Counted from the stretch's first letter, positions 19,422 through 32,602 are shown. The stretch: DNA of 64,000 nt from an uncultured delta proteobacterium (GCA_963769935.1 CAVYNY010000018.1:32001-96000), one strand, 5' to 3'. Numbers and translations are program-made. The notes: a model not told the origin generated them from the sequence alone.

Positions 19422-20771
19422 ATGGACAAAATTCTGGTCGTTGACGACGATCACAATATACTCAAGGTAATAAAAATGAGGCTTGAGGCCGAGACGTATA
19501 GCGTCACCACCGCCAGTAAGGCTGAAAAGGCAATGAATCTGGCGAGAGATGAGGTGTATGATCTTGCAATAATAGACCTTAAGCTCAACGGGAAAAATGG
19601 AATTGAACTGATGGAAGACCTTCATCAAATCAATCCTGAAATGCCTGTTATCATTCTTACGGCCTATGGCACTATACAAAGTGCCGTAGCGGCGATGCGA
19701 AAAGGGGCATATAGCTACCTCACCAAGCCTTTTGATTATGATGAGCTTTTAATGCAAGCCAAAAATTGCCTGGAAAAAAATAAGCTGGCCCAAGAAATTA
19801 AAACCCTCAGAAAAATGTTGAAAGAAAGGTATGGCTTTGAAAACATAATTGGAAAAAGTAGGCAAATGGAAAAAGTTTTGGAACTGTCGACCCGGGCGGC
19901 TGAATCGAATATCAGCGTATGCATTGAAGGAGAAAGCGGTACCGGAAAGGAATTGATCGCTAGAAACTTGCATTTAGCAAGTGCAAGAAAAGACGGACCA
20001 TTTGTGGCCATCAACTGTGCCGCCATCCCTGAGACTCTGATGGAAAGTGAGCTGTTTGGCTATGAAAAAGGAGCCTTTACAGGCGCGGTCCAAAACAAAA
20101 GCGGATTGTTATTGCAGGCCCAAAAGGGCACCTTTTTACTGGACGAAATCTCTGAAATGCCACTATCCATGCAAGCCAAATTATTGCGTTTAATGCAAGA
20201 AAGGGAGTTTTTTCCCTTAGGGGGAAGAAAAACTATCAAAGTCGATACCCGCTTTATTGCGACTTCAAACAAGGATTTAGAAGAGGAAGTAAAAAAAGGT
20301 CGTCTGCGAGAGGATCTTTTCTATCGGATCCATGTTATTGTGATTAAAATTCCGCCGTTGCGGGAGAGAAAAGAAGATATTCCGGTGCTGGCCAATTATT
20401 TTATGGAAAAATTATCTAAAGAGATGAATAAAAAGGTGACCAAATTTTCAGCAGCAGCGCTGCAAAAATTAATGCTTCACGTCTGGCCCGGAAATGTCAG
20501 GGAGCTACAAAACACCATTGAGAGTGCGGTTGCCATGGCAGACAATGACATAATCAGTGAGGATTTAATTTTGCCCACCCAAAATGTTGAACAAAACAAT
20601 TTAAAGCCCTTAAAGGACGCCAAAGAAAACTTTGAAAAAAATTATCTCATTCAACTCATTGAACTTACTCAGGGGAATGTGGCTCAAGCCGCAAGATTAG
20701 CGGGAAAATACAGAGCAGATTTGTATGAGCTTCTAAAAAAGCACGACATCAATCCGTCAAATTTTAGATAA
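19422..20771 (+). CDS. sigma54-dependent response regulator (GlrR/QseF-like)
   Basis: Receiver domain, GESGTGKE, GAFTGA, WPGNVREL, C-terminal GNVAQAARLAG HTH. Confidence 0.92.
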   Translation: MDKILVVDDDHNILKVIKMRLEAETYSVTTASKAEKAMNLARDEVYDLAIIDLKLNGKNGIELMEDLHQINPEMPVIILTAYGTIQSAVAAMRKGAYSYLTKPFDYDELLMQAKNCLEKNKLAQEIKTLRKMLKERYGFENIIGKSRQMEKVLELSTRAAESNISVCIEGESGTGKELIARNLHLASARKDGPFVAINCAAIPETLMESELFGYEKGAFTGAVQNKSGLLLQAQKGTFLLDEISEMPLSMQAKLLRLMQEREFFPLGGRKTIKVDTRFIATSNKDLEEEVKKGRLREDLFYRIHVIVIKIPPLRERKEDIPVLANYFMEKLSKEMNKKVTKFSAAALQKLMLHVWPGNVRELQNTIESAVAMADNDIISEDLILPTQNVEQNNLKPLKDAKENFEKNYLIQLIELTQGNVAQAARLAGKYRADLYELLKKHDINPSNFR

Positions 20772-20958
20772 AATATCGGCCCTTTCGGGAATCGGGGGCC
20801 TGAATTCCGACGGCATAAGCGGGCCGGTATGGCCAACCTGTGTGCAAAGCCGCGGGTCCAACGCCGCCGTGAATCGAAAATGGGGTCCTGGATGTGACGG
20901 GCCGTGGGGTGTTGCGCCCAAGCATCGATGTAAGAAACCAGGGTCACGGGAAAACCGG

Positions 20959-21591
20959 TTATTCCAACACTATTTGCCCTTTTGGGCTTTCGATTGTTGC
21001 CCTCAGCGCGACGGATCCAGGCCCGGCCTGGAGATCTATTCCCAAATTTCTCAGGAGTGCGTTTACTCGTTCGGCATCCGGATGGAATACTTCCAGCTTT
21101 ATCAATCTACATCCCTTGGGAGAGCTTTCTGCAGGGTGTTCAGAGTCACCCCAATTGATAAAGTAAGGTATTGTCCCGTCCTTTCGGTTTTTCCTGAGAT
21201 CCGTCATGGTCCACTTTAGTACTGATCCATCAGGCTTCTTACGGCTCTTTTCTTGAAGTTCACCAAGGTCAAGCTCTTGCCGTTTTGCCTTGTCTATAAC
21301 AGACTGAATGTCCTCTGTTCGAGCAACCCAAGACACTAGACGAGGCTTCGACATGGCATCCATGCCAAACGGCCGCGGCTGCTTTGGTTCAGGTTGGCCT
21401 GGATCGGGTCCCATTATCTCCAGGTAGGCCTTTGGGCCTAAAGAGAGTAGTGCGTTTTTTGTCCCCCAGCCAGGATGCTGACCACCAATTGCAGCTCGAA
21501 CACTGAAAAGTTGTTCCACCTGCGCAATTGTTGCATCCAGATCCGGTGTGGCATACACAAGGTGATCCAATATCGAAAGCAAGGGTGTCAT
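20959..21591 (-). CDS. VOC/glyoxalase-like family protein
   Basis: LDHLVYATPDL, GGQHPGWGTKNALL, YLEI, PYFINW. Confidence 0.85.
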   Translation of the reverse strand: MTPLLSILDHLVYATPDLDATIAQVEQLFSVRAAIGGQHPGWGTKNALLSLGPKAYLEIMGPDPGQPEPKQPRPFGMDAMSKPRLVSWVARTEDIQSVIDKAKRQELDLGELQEKSRKKPDGSVLKWTMTDLRKNRKDGTIPYFINWGDSEHPAESSPKGCRLIKLEVFHPDAERVNALLRNLGIDLQAGPGSVALRATIESPKGQIVLE

Positions 21592-21855
21592 ACTGCGCGC
21601 CTCCTACAGAAATTATTCGCTGTATAAGCGGTAACTATTCATAAGGGACCTGTAAAGCAAATTGCAATCATTCGCACCGCTTGTGCCCCTGTACAAGGTA
21701 ATGAAGATACTCGGGAGCCACCAGAGGCATCTGCCTACCCATGTCTCAGAAAAATTTAGCCGCCGCCATAACGGCAAAAATCAACGGTCAGCAACCGCGC
21801 GGCCAATAAGCTTCCAGACAGCGCCGGAACACACCGATTCAGTCAACCAGCGCCT

Positions 21856-23103
21856 TCAGTCAACCAGCGCCTGATAGGTGAGGACTTGGAAAGCCTTTTC
21901 CGGGAGGTCAAAATCAAGCATATATTGCGCCATCAGGATACCGACCAACTCCTCCTTCGGGTCGACCCAAAAATAGGTCTTCGCCGCTCCTGCCCAGCCA
22001 TATTCCCCTGCCGAGCCTGGCAGAGCGGACTCGGCGACGTTCAAGAGTACCCGCGATCCCAGGCCAAATCCATAACCACTTCGCGGTATACCACCAATCT
22101 CGAAGGGCAGCAGGGCCGGCGATACGTGGTTCATGTGCATGAAGTCGACGATGGTGGGCGCGAGGATACGTACCCCATCAAGTGAACCGCGATTGAGCAG
22201 CATGTGCGCGAACCGCAGGTAGTCCCCGGCGGTGGAGAAAAGACCATGGCCGCCGCGGGCGAAGCTGTGTGTATTGGTTGCAGGATACGTCGTTTCCACG
22301 TCGATACGCTCGTTGAAGCCCGTATTCCAAGCCTCGAAAATCTGACTGAACGTGTGGGTGGCAATATCGGGGTGCCCATACATCGTCGCAATGCGATGAC
22401 GGGCATGAGGCGGGACAGAGAACCCCGTGTCGATCATGCCCAAAGGCACAAAGAGCCGCTCCAGCAGGAAGTCTTGGAGAGGCTGACCGGAGATGACCTC
22501 AATGAGATGAGCGATCACATCGATTGCCATGCTGTAATGCCATTTCGTGCCGGGCTGGTATGCAAGGGGCAGCCGCGATAGCTCGCCTATCATCGCTTCT
22601 AACGTGCGATCCGCATCACTCAGAAGCCGGGCTTGACGATACAACTCGCTCACCGGCGAATCTTCAAGAAAGTTATAGGTCAAGCCCGCCGTATGCGTAA
22701 GCAAGTCAAGTAAGGTGACGGGGCGGATGAGATCGGCCTCTTGCGCATCGGAGAGCGTCGGGCCCGTCAACACCCGCACCTTTCCGAATGCAGGGAGAAA
22801 TTTGGCCACAGGATCGAGCAGTTGGAACCGTCCCTCTTCGTAGAGCGTCATGAAGGCGACACAGATGATCGGCTTGGTCATCGAATAAATGCGAAAGATG
22901 GTATCGGCCGAGAGCAGCGTATGCGTTTCGCGGTCTTGCCATCCGACATGCTCAAAGTGAATGACCCGACCGCGCCGCGCAAGCATGGTACTCAACCCCG
23001 CAAAACCATAGTGCTCAATATACGACTGCATGACGGGTTTGATGCGGGTGAGACGCTCGGAACTACATCCCACGGCCTCGGGTGATTCGATGGAATAGTT
23101 CAT
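21856..23103 (-). CDS. serine hydrolase (beta-lactamase class C/esterase family)
   Basis: FRIYSMTK (SxxK), LLTHTAG, WHYS, YGWAGAA. Confidence 0.9.
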   Translation of the reverse strand: MNYSIESPEAVGCSSERLTRIKPVMQSYIEHYGFAGLSTMLARRGRVIHFEHVGWQDRETHTLLSADTIFRIYSMTKPIICVAFMTLYEEGRFQLLDPVAKFLPAFGKVRVLTGPTLSDAQEADLIRPVTLLDLLTHTAGLTYNFLEDSPVSELYRQARLLSDADRTLEAMIGELSRLPLAYQPGTKWHYSMAIDVIAHLIEVISGQPLQDFLLERLFVPLGMIDTGFSVPPHARHRIATMYGHPDIATHTFSQIFEAWNTGFNERIDVETTYPATNTHSFARGGHGLFSTAGDYLRFAHMLLNRGSLDGVRILAPTIVDFMHMNHVSPALLPFEIGGIPRSGYGFGLGSRVLLNVAESALPGSAGEYGWAGAAKTYFWVDPKEELVGILMAQYMLDFDLPEKAFQVLTYQALVD

Positions 23104-23378
23104 ATTATACCTCCATTTTTCTATATTCACCGATCAAGACACGAACCCATTGCTCCCGTTAATTACTATTTGAGCATCAGCGAGTCAAGGAGGGTTATCG
23201 GCAGCCGCTCAAAGTGACCCGTTGGAATCTGAAAAATAGATTGACCGCTTCTGTGTATCAGCATATACAGGCTCGTTTTCGGGTTGAAGCCTGCCCACAG
23301 CAAGCCGCGGGGAATGCGCCTGCTATTGCCGGTTCAAGTCATGCCCCATGATCCGGGCAATCTAAAAATGGATTTTTC

Positions 23379-24815
23379 ATGACCGACCTACAACCTGTTG
23401 AGATGGCAGATAATACAAAAATAGAAGACATACCTGCATTAAAGGCATCGATAAAAGACGGGGTATCCCACGCAGTGATGATGGGCAGCGGAGAGACTTA
23501 TCTGGGCCCTTTCGGAATTTTTCTGCACGCCAGCACATTGCAAGTTGGTTTGCTGGCCAGTTTACCGCAACTGTTCGGAGCCGTTATGCAATGGGCGGGG
23601 GCTCTCAATATGGACCGCATTCGCAGCCGGCGACGGGTGGTCATTATCGGCGCCGCGGTCCAGGCCTTGACTCTCATTCCCATGGCACTGATCCCATTTT
23701 TTTTCGGGAAAGGGTCCTCGCCGGTCCTTTATCTATTGGCATTGATCATGGTCTATCAGGCGGCTAATGGAGCGACTTTGCCGGTTTGGAACAGCCTGAT
23801 CGGCGACCTTGTTCCGGCGGATATCCGGGGGCGATATTTCGGCGGACGCAACCGGTTGACCGGGATGAGCACCTTTAGCGCGCTTTTGATTGCCGGTTGC
23901 ATTTTGGATATCTTCGCCAAGGCCGGCATTCCGGAATGGGGGTTTTTGGTAACCTTTTCAATGGCCTTTCTGGCACGCCTGAATTCCGTGCGCTGGCTCG
24001 CAAAGTATACCGACCCGGAATTCAAGATCATGCCGGACCAGGTTTTCACTTTCCGCCAATTCCTTAAACGATCACCCCGCTCTAATTTTGCCAAATTCGT
24101 CTTCTTTATCGGGGCCATCAACCTCTGTGTGGCATTTTCTGCACCCTATTTCGCCCTTTACATGCTCAGGGACCTCAAATTCACCTACATTGAATTTACA
24201 GTGGTCACAGGGATCGTCACCATCACCCAATTTCTCGCCTTTCGCCACTGGGGGGGATTAAGCGATCGATTTGGGAACAAAATGATCCTCAATGTTTGCG
24301 GCTGGGGAGTGGCGGTGGTCCCTACGTTTTGGTTGGTTTCCCACCACATCCTGTATCTGGTCGTCATCCAGATCTTCAGCGGATTGGTGTGGTCCGGATT
24401 CAATCTGGCCTCGGCGAATTTCCTCTTTGATGCGGTCACGCCGCCCAAACGGGCGCGCTGCGTTGCCTATCAGGGTCTGGTCAACGGAATCTTTGTCATT
24501 ACCGGATCATTGGCAGGCGGACTTATTGCCGGTCATCTACCGCGCAGTCTCACTTTAGGTCCTTGGACCTGGAGCCCGACATTCATGCTGCCCGTCATTT
24601 TTCTCATTTCCGGGATCATGCGGATGATCGCAGCAGGCATCTTCCTGCAAAAATTCAAAGAGGTCCGGCCGGTTGAGCCCATCCGCCATCGGGATTTCAT
24701 TTTCCGCATCAGCCACATCCGGCCCATCGCCGGTGCCACCTTTAGTCTGATGACAGGTCTGTTTGGGGAGCACCGGGAGACCCGCAAGGTGAATCAAGGC
24801 AACAAGGCAAAATAG
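23379..24815 (+). CDS. MFS transporter
   Basis: About 12 hydrophobic segments; WGGLSDRFGNK loop motif. Confidence 0.85.
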   Translation: MTDLQPVEMADNTKIEDIPALKASIKDGVSHAVMMGSGETYLGPFGIFLHASTLQVGLLASLPQLFGAVMQWAGALNMDRIRSRRRVVIIGAAVQALTLIPMALIPFFFGKGSSPVLYLLALIMVYQAANGATLPVWNSLIGDLVPADIRGRYFGGRNRLTGMSTFSALLIAGCILDIFAKAGIPEWGFLVTFSMAFLARLNSVRWLAKYTDPEFKIMPDQVFTFRQFLKRSPRSNFAKFVFFIGAINLCVAFSAPYFALYMLRDLKFTYIEFTVVTGIVTITQFLAFRHWGGLSDRFGNKMILNVCGWGVAVVPTFWLVSHHILYLVVIQIFSGLVWSGFNLASANFLFDAVTPPKRARCVAYQGLVNGIFVITGSLAGGLIAGHLPRSLTLGPWTWSPTFMLPVIFLISGIMRMIAAGIFLQKFKEVRPVEPIRHRDFIFRISHIRPIAGATFSLMTGLFGEHRETRKVNQGNKAK

Positions 24816-25129
24816 CGCGCGATCGGCGATGACAAGCAAAACTCCCAGGTCTGGGTAAAAACTCAGGGCTTGAACAACCCCTCGTTTAATACCAATTTCA
24901 CTCATTTTCAATAAGTTAACCTGGCCCGACAAGCATTCTGATTGACCTAAGTATCAGAGAAAAATGGTCTTTTTGCCCTTGAAAAACTCAATATAGACCT
25001 GTTTCAGAGCCCAAAATTGGCAATTATCTGTTCCATATCAATTAGTGGCGGCGACCTGACCCCCGAGACCCATGGTGTCCTCTGTGGTGAAATTGCAACA
25101 TTATAAAATTTCTGCCGTGGAGTCCTAAG

Positions 25130-25807
25130 CTACTGGCAGCGCCGCACAAGCATCTCGAAAAGACACAGCATATCGTCGCTTTTCTGAAGCAAAAGCTCCG
25201 GATGCCATTGCACGAGATCTATCGGCAGGGTTTTATGCTCTGCTGCTTCCACCACGCCATCGGGTGCTTTTGCCGTAATTATCAGATCCCGGCCGGGTGT
25301 TTTTATTGACTGATGGTGTCGGCTGTTTACCATGATCTCAGGCCCGAAAAGCTCATAGAGCCTTGAGTCAGGCTCGATTGTAACCGGGTGATCAACATCG
25401 AAGTGGATGGATTTCTGCATGTGATTCAAGGACTCAGGCCCAAGCTGCGTTCCGATGTCCTGGAAAAGCGATCCGCCAAGGGCCACGTTAATTAACTGTA
25501 TCCCCCGGCAGATGCCGAGAACCGGCTTTTTATGTACCATGGCGGCATTCAATACCGCCATTTGAAAAAGATCGAGGTCTGGATCCACACTGCCAAGGGC
25601 CTCGATCCCCTTTTCCCGGTAAAAAGCCGGATCGACATCTATTCCTCCCGGAATGAGAACGCCATCGATCTTTGAGACAAAATCAGGCAGGATGTCCCTG
25701 TTTCGGGTAAAGGGGAGTATCAGCGGCAGGCCTCCTGCCCGTTCGATTGAATCGGTATAGGCAAGGGCTATGGAATTTGAAGGCATTCCGAAGGCGTTAT
25801 CCGCCAC
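25130..25807 (-). CDS. gamma-glutamyl-gamma-aminobutyrate hydrolase family (peptidase C26); true start probably ~30 bp upstream
   Basis: PGGIDVDP, LGICRGIQLINV, NSRHHQ, VQWHPE. Confidence 0.88.
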   Translation of the reverse strand: MADNAFGMPSNSIALAYTDSIERAGGLPLILPFTRNRDILPDFVSKIDGVLIPGGIDVDPAFYREKGIEALGSVDPDLDLFQMAVLNAAMVHKKPVLGICRGIQLINVALGGSLFQDIGTQLGPESLNHMQKSIHFDVDHPVTIEPDSRLYELFGPEIMVNSRHHQSIKTPGRDLIITAKAPDGVVEAAEHKTLPIDLVQWHPELLLQKSDDMLCLFEMLVRRCQ

Positions 25808-25844
25808 ATGAGATACGATCGCAATGAGAGGTTTAATAAATTGC

Positions 25845-26697
25845 CTACTTTAATTTAGGATCAAGCGCAGCGCGCAGTCCATCTCCAAAAAGATTAAAGG
25901 AAAGGACGGTCAAAAAAATAGCTATACCGGGAATGATGGTCATAAAGTCGGCCACCCCGATATAATCTCTGCTTTCAGCCAGCATGGCGCCCCATTCAGG
26001 CGTCGGCGGCTGGGCCCCGAGGCCGAGAAAGCTCAGGCTCGCGGCAGTTATTATCGAAGTCCCGATACGCATGGTGAAATATACGATCACCCCGCTCAGA
26101 GTGCCGGGCATGATGTGAACGAACATTAATCTCTTTTTGGAGGCACCTACGCTTTTTGCGGCCCTTACATAGAGGCTTTCCTTTAGAGCCAGGGTGCTTC
26201 CGCGCACAATACGGGCAAAGGTCGGCATGCTAAAGACCGAAACCGCTACCACCACGTTTACAAGACCTGGTCCTAAAATGGCCACAATGGCGATGGCAAG
26301 CAAGATCCCCGGAAAGGCAAAGAGCACATCGGAGGTTCTCATTATAAGGCCGTCTAAGAAAACCTCCGAAAAAGCCGCTTACAAGCCCCAGGGTTACACC
26401 GGCCAGAGCCCCTGCCAATACCGAGGCAAATCCAACGGCAAGAGAAATCCGCGCTCCGTAGATTATGCGGCTCAGGATGTCTCTTCCGTAAAGATCTGTT
26501 CCCGCCAGGTGCTGGGAGCTAGGCGGCATCATGGAAAGGCTGTAGTTTGTCTGATACGGGTCATAGGGGGCAATGAAGGGGGCAAAGACCGCCACAGCCA
26601 CAAGAAGGATTATAAAGAGCCCGGCGATGAGGGCGGTTTTTCTCTGTTTGAATCGGTGGATAAAGATTCCAAAGGGCGTTGCCTTTGATTCCGGCAT
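25845..26697 (-). pseudogene. peptide ABC permease (GsiD/DppC-like), frameshifted near 26359-26362
   Basis: GTDLYGRDILSRIIYGARISL in one frame and [17 protein letters not shown] in the next; removing one T from a T4 run restores [10 protein letters not shown]. Confidence 0.75.
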
Positions 26698-26705
26698 ATC
26701 AGGAC

Positions 26706-27629
26706 CTACTCATATCTGATTTCGGGGTTGATAAGGGCATAGACCATATCTACCACCAGATTGATGAACACAAAATGAAAGGAATACAGAAGCAGCAGGG
26801 CTTGTAAGACCGGATAGTCCCTTACAGCCACAGCTTCGATCATAAACCGCCCCAGCCCGGGCCAGGCAAAGACGGTCTCGACCACCACCGAGCCGCCTAA
26901 CAAAAACCCGAACTGAAGGCCCACCATGGTTACAACCGGGATAAGGGCGTTTCTAAAGGCGTGCTTCCACATGACGATCCGCTCGGCCAGCCCCTTTGCC
27001 CGGGCGGTGCTTATATATTCCTCATCAAGAACGTCGAGAAATGCCGATAGAGTGAAGCGGGCCATTATAGCCGCTACCGTAGCCCCCAGGGTGATACTTG
27101 GCAGCACAAGCTCCGACCATTTCCCCGTATAGCCTGCAACGGGAAGCCAGCCGAGCTGAACCGCAAAGAGCTGGATCAGCAGAAGGCCGAGCCAGAACTG
27201 CGGCACCGAGATACCGGAAACAGAGAGCAGCATGGCCGTGTGGTCCTGCCACTTTCCCTGGTAAATAGCGGCAACGGCGCCGAAAAAGACCCCGAAAAGA
27301 ACGGACCAGAACATGCCGGCCAGGGCCAGATACATGGTGGGCTTATAGCGCAGGGCGATCTCATCGAAAACAGGAAGCTTGGTTTTGATGCTGATCCCGA
27401 GATCCCCCTTAAGCACGTTTCCCATGTATTTGAAGTACTGAACCGGAAGGGAGCGGTCGAGGCCAAGCTGCTTTCGCAGCATTTTAACGGTTGTTGCATC
27501 GGCATCCTGGCCCGCCATCATGCGGGCCGGGTCGCCTGGCAAAAGGTGCACAAATCCGCAGGCCAGAATGGAGACCACCAGAAGGACCGGAAGGATGCCG
27601 ATGCAACGTTTCAGGAAATACTTGAACAT
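26706..27629 (-). CDS. peptide ABC permease (GsiC/DppB-like)
   Basis: LPGDPA, TARAKGL, HAFRNALIP, VVETVFAWPGLG. Confidence 0.92.
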   Translation of the reverse strand: MFKYFLKRCIGILPVLLVVSILACGFVHLLPGDPARMMAGQDADATTVKMLRKQLGLDRSLPVQYFKYMGNVLKGDLGISIKTKLPVFDEIALRYKPTMYLALAGMFWSVLFGVFFGAVAAIYQGKWQDHTAMLLSVSGISVPQFWLGLLLIQLFAVQLGWLPVAGYTGKWSELVLPSITLGATVAAIMARFTLSAFLDVLDEEYISTARAKGLAERIVMWKHAFRNALIPVVTMVGLQFGFLLGGSVVVETVFAWPGLGRFMIEAVAVRDYPVLQALLLLYSFHFVFINLVVDMVYALINPEIRYE

Positions 27630-27646
27630 GGAGGCTTTTGTCAGCC

Positions 27647-29173
27647 TTACTCTGTCATTTCTGCATCTTCAACTGAGAAGCTTCCGTCCGGCATTGGATA
27701 GATGCCTTTAAGCTTTTTGTTTTTGGCGGCAATCAGCTTGTCGACGAAAAGATATCCCCAGGGTGCTTTTCCCCAGACTGCATCCTGGCACTCGGCATAG
27801 GCTTTTCGCCGCGCCGCCGGATCGGCCGAGGCAAGCCCAGCCTGAATCAGGTTGTCCACCTTCTTATCTGAAAAGAATCCGAAATTGGAAAGAGCCGGCG
27901 GAAACGCATCGGTTGCCAGAAGCGGACGGATCCCCCAATCGGCATCGCCTGTCGAGGCTGACCATCCGCCAAAGGCTATAAACGGAGTGGGGTTGGGGTC
28001 GTTTATGCGGTTGCTTTCAAGCTTGTTGTAAAAGCTTGCGATATCCATGGACTGGATATCACCGGTTATATTGATCGCTTTTAATTGCTGCTGCACCATC
28101 TCGGTTGCCCGAAGCCGGTTTGAGGCGTTTGGCGTCAGAAAGAGAATTTTGAAGCCCTTTTCATAACCGGCCTCTTTCATAAGAGTCTTGGCTTTCTCAA
28201 CGTCATAGGGCCAGGGCCACTCTTTTTTGTAAAACTGAAGGTTTGGCGGAATAATGGAATCGGCCTCGATGGCGGCCCCGCCCCAGGCGATCCGGATTAT
28301 GGCCTTTTTATCGAGAGCATAATTTATGGCCTGGCGCACACGCTCGTCGGCAAGCGGTTTGAAGCGGGTGTCTAAAACAAGGTAGCGCTCAATTATGGAA
28401 GGTCTTTCGATGATATCGATATTTTTATCACTTTGGGCCACCTTTAGAAGCTCGGCCGGCATGGGATAGATATACTGGGCCTGACCGGCCCGCAGCATGG
28501 CAAGGCGGGAGCCGTTTTCAGGAACCGGGCGGAAGGTGATGGAATCGATCTTTACCTTGCCCCGCCAGTAATCCGGGTTTTTTACGAGCTTTACGTAGCT
28601 TCCTGAGACCCATTCTGAAAAGATAAAGGGGCCTGTTCCAACGGGATGTTTGCTTACCTCATCGCCGTATTTGGCGAGGGCTGCCGGACTCTGGATCATG
28701 GCACCCGGATGGGCAACGGCATTTATGAAAGCTCCGAAAGGCTCCTTTAAGACGAATTTGACGGTATCGTCGTCAAGGGCGACCAGCGTTGCCACCGGTT
28801 TCATGAGACTGCTTCTCTTGTACTTGCCGCTCATGAGCCGGTCTATATTGACCTTCACGGCTTCGGCGTTAAAGGGGGTGCCATCCTGGAACTTGATTCC
28901 CTTTCGCAGCTTGAAGGTATACTCCGTAGCCGCGTCGTTATAGGTGTAGCTCTCAGCCAGCAGGGGAATCACGTTAAGATCCTTGTCAAACCCCATGAGC
29001 CCCTGAAAAACGGCTTTTTCAATGGCACCCGAATAGGTATCGGAAGTGTCGTGGGGGTCCAACGATTTTGCCGTGGAGTCCGAGGCGTAAATGATGTCCT
29101 TTGAGCCGGCAAAGGCCGGGCCTGCCATCATCGCCAGGCACAACAGAATCAAGGCCAGTCTTTTTACCATCAT
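27647..29173 (-). CDS. peptide ABC substrate-binding protein (GsiB-like)
   Basis: Signal peptide, LRKGIKFQDGTPFNAEAVK, PVGTGPF, GWSASTGDADW. Confidence 0.88.
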   Translation of the reverse strand: MMVKRLALILLCLAMMAGPAFAGSKDIIYASDSTAKSLDPHDTSDTYSGAIEKAVFQGLMGFDKDLNVIPLLAESYTYNDAATEYTFKLRKGIKFQDGTPFNAEAVKVNIDRLMSGKYKRSSLMKPVATLVALDDDTVKFVLKEPFGAFINAVAHPGAMIQSPAALAKYGDEVSKHPVGTGPFIFSEWVSGSYVKLVKNPDYWRGKVKIDSITFRPVPENGSRLAMLRAGQAQYIYPMPAELLKVAQSDKNIDIIERPSIIERYLVLDTRFKPLADERVRQAINYALDKKAIIRIAWGGAAIEADSIIPPNLQFYKKEWPWPYDVEKAKTLMKEAGYEKGFKILFLTPNASNRLRATEMVQQQLKAINITGDIQSMDIASFYNKLESNRINDPNPTPFIAFGGWSASTGDADWGIRPLLATDAFPPALSNFGFFSDKKVDNLIQAGLASADPAARRKAYAECQDAVWGKAPWGYLFVDKLIAAKNKKLKGIYPMPDGSFSVEDAEMTE

Positions 29174-29323
29174 GTCTTTTCTCCTCTTCGATTCATTGTT
29201 TGACTGCAAGCCCTCTCTTTTTCCGTGGGCTTAAAAGTTGATGTCTCCGTAAGAGCTCGAATTATCCCGCAAAGCCGCAAAGGGCGCAAGGAAGCCTTTT
29301 ATTTGTCTTTGCGCGAAAACTAA

Positions 29324-29479
29324 GGGTTCACGAAAAAATTAGTTCACAATTTTAGGCGTTGCGGCGCCCGGCCGGCAAGGCGCGAAAACGCAGGAGTATC
29401 TGGATATTCCGAGCTTTCGCAACGCAGCCAGGCGGGATGCAGCGGCGTATAGAATGTGAAGTTATTTTTGAGTGAGTCC
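29324..29479. mobile_element. 156-bp MITE, copy 1, flanked by TAA
   Basis: Imperfect TIRs GGGTTCACGAAAAAATTAGTTCACA / GGACTCACTCAAAAATAACTTCACA; TAA on both sides; inverted copy at 39979-40134. Confidence 0.85.
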
Positions 29480-29494
29480 TAAGCCACAATCCTT

Positions 29495-31358
<1,864 letters not shown>

Positions 31359-31366
<8 letters not shown>

Positions 31367-32534
31367 AGTATCCTTTGATCTCGACGGCATGATTTCTGAC
31401 CATGCATCTTCCCCTGGCCAACACATCCCGGATGGCCATCTTGTCCGGATCGAGCACCAGGATATCGGCATCGGCTCCGATTTGCAACTCCCCCTTGACC
31501 CCTTGAAGGCCGTAAATTCTGGCTGGTGTTTTTGTGAGCGGGCAAAGGGCTTTATCAAGGGCCATGCCCTTTTCGTTTACCAGCAGGGAAAGCTCGAATA
31601 AAAGAGAAGCCGGGGTGCCGATTGCCATGGAGATAATCCGGCTCCGATCTTCATTCCATACCGGCATGGACCCCCCGGCATCTGAGCTGAAGGAGACCTG
31701 GTCAAAGAGGCCCTGCTCATCGGCAAGACTGGCGAGATCGGCCGCTGACAGGTGAAGCGAGCTTTCGGAAGGCCGGGTATTCATGCATGTGGCATCTATG
31801 ACCGCTCCCCGCCTTGCAAGCTCCAGGGCATGGTCTGTCAGCCGTCCGCTCCGGCGGTTGATATGGGTGGGGATGAATGTATCCGGCCGCGTTCCGTGTT
31901 TTTCCACCACTTCGAAGATAAGATCAAGAGCGCTCGGCTTGACCCCTGTGTGCACCGTAATGGTTCCGGGCTTGTTTGCCACCAGCGAGGCTACCCTGAC
32001 CGCTGCGGCAAGCGAGGCCAGATCATGGACTGTCATGTGAGGCCCGCGGATATCTGAAAGGGCGAGCTTCACACCGATCACAGGCTGCATATAGATCAGA
32101 TCCCGGGCGACATCGCCTGTAATCGTTGGAGAGGGGTGCCAGTAGGCGCCGGTCAGCATAAAGGCAGTGATGCCTTCGGCATTGAAGCTTTGGGTTTTTG
32201 CATAGAGGCTTTCAACCGACCGGGTGAGAGAATCTGTTCCAAGAAGGCCCACCGCAGTTGTCACCCCATGGACTGTATTCATGGTCAGCGTCATCTCCGG
32301 GGTCCGGGTGTGGAAGCCTCCCTCACCGCCGCCGCCTGTGAAATGCTGATGACCGTCTATGAAGCCCGGTACGACAGCCATCCCCTTTGCATCGATGACA
32401 GCCACTGCGCCAGGCAGCATGCCGGCATCGATATGTTCTTCAATAGCCAGGATCTTCCGGCCGCCAGCGAGCAGGTCTCTTCTGCCCAGGGCCTTTGGCC
32501 CGAAGAGCTCTCCGTTTTTTATAAGGATCATCAT
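31359..32534 (-). CDS. iadA: beta-aspartyl (isoaspartyl) dipeptidase
   Basis: PGFIDGHQHFTGGGGEGGFHTRTPE, GLLGTD, IGVKLALSD, PTHINR, SSDAGGS. Confidence 0.9.
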
Positions 32535-32602
32535 GATAAAGATAAGAAATTGCTTTTCCGGAGCGAATGAATCGAAATTCGCGAATTGTGCACCGGCATC
32601 AG

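Noticed and set aside
21856..23103. Antibiotic-resistance beta-lactamase
   Set aside because: No signal peptide; motifs fit the broad esterase/serine hydrolase family
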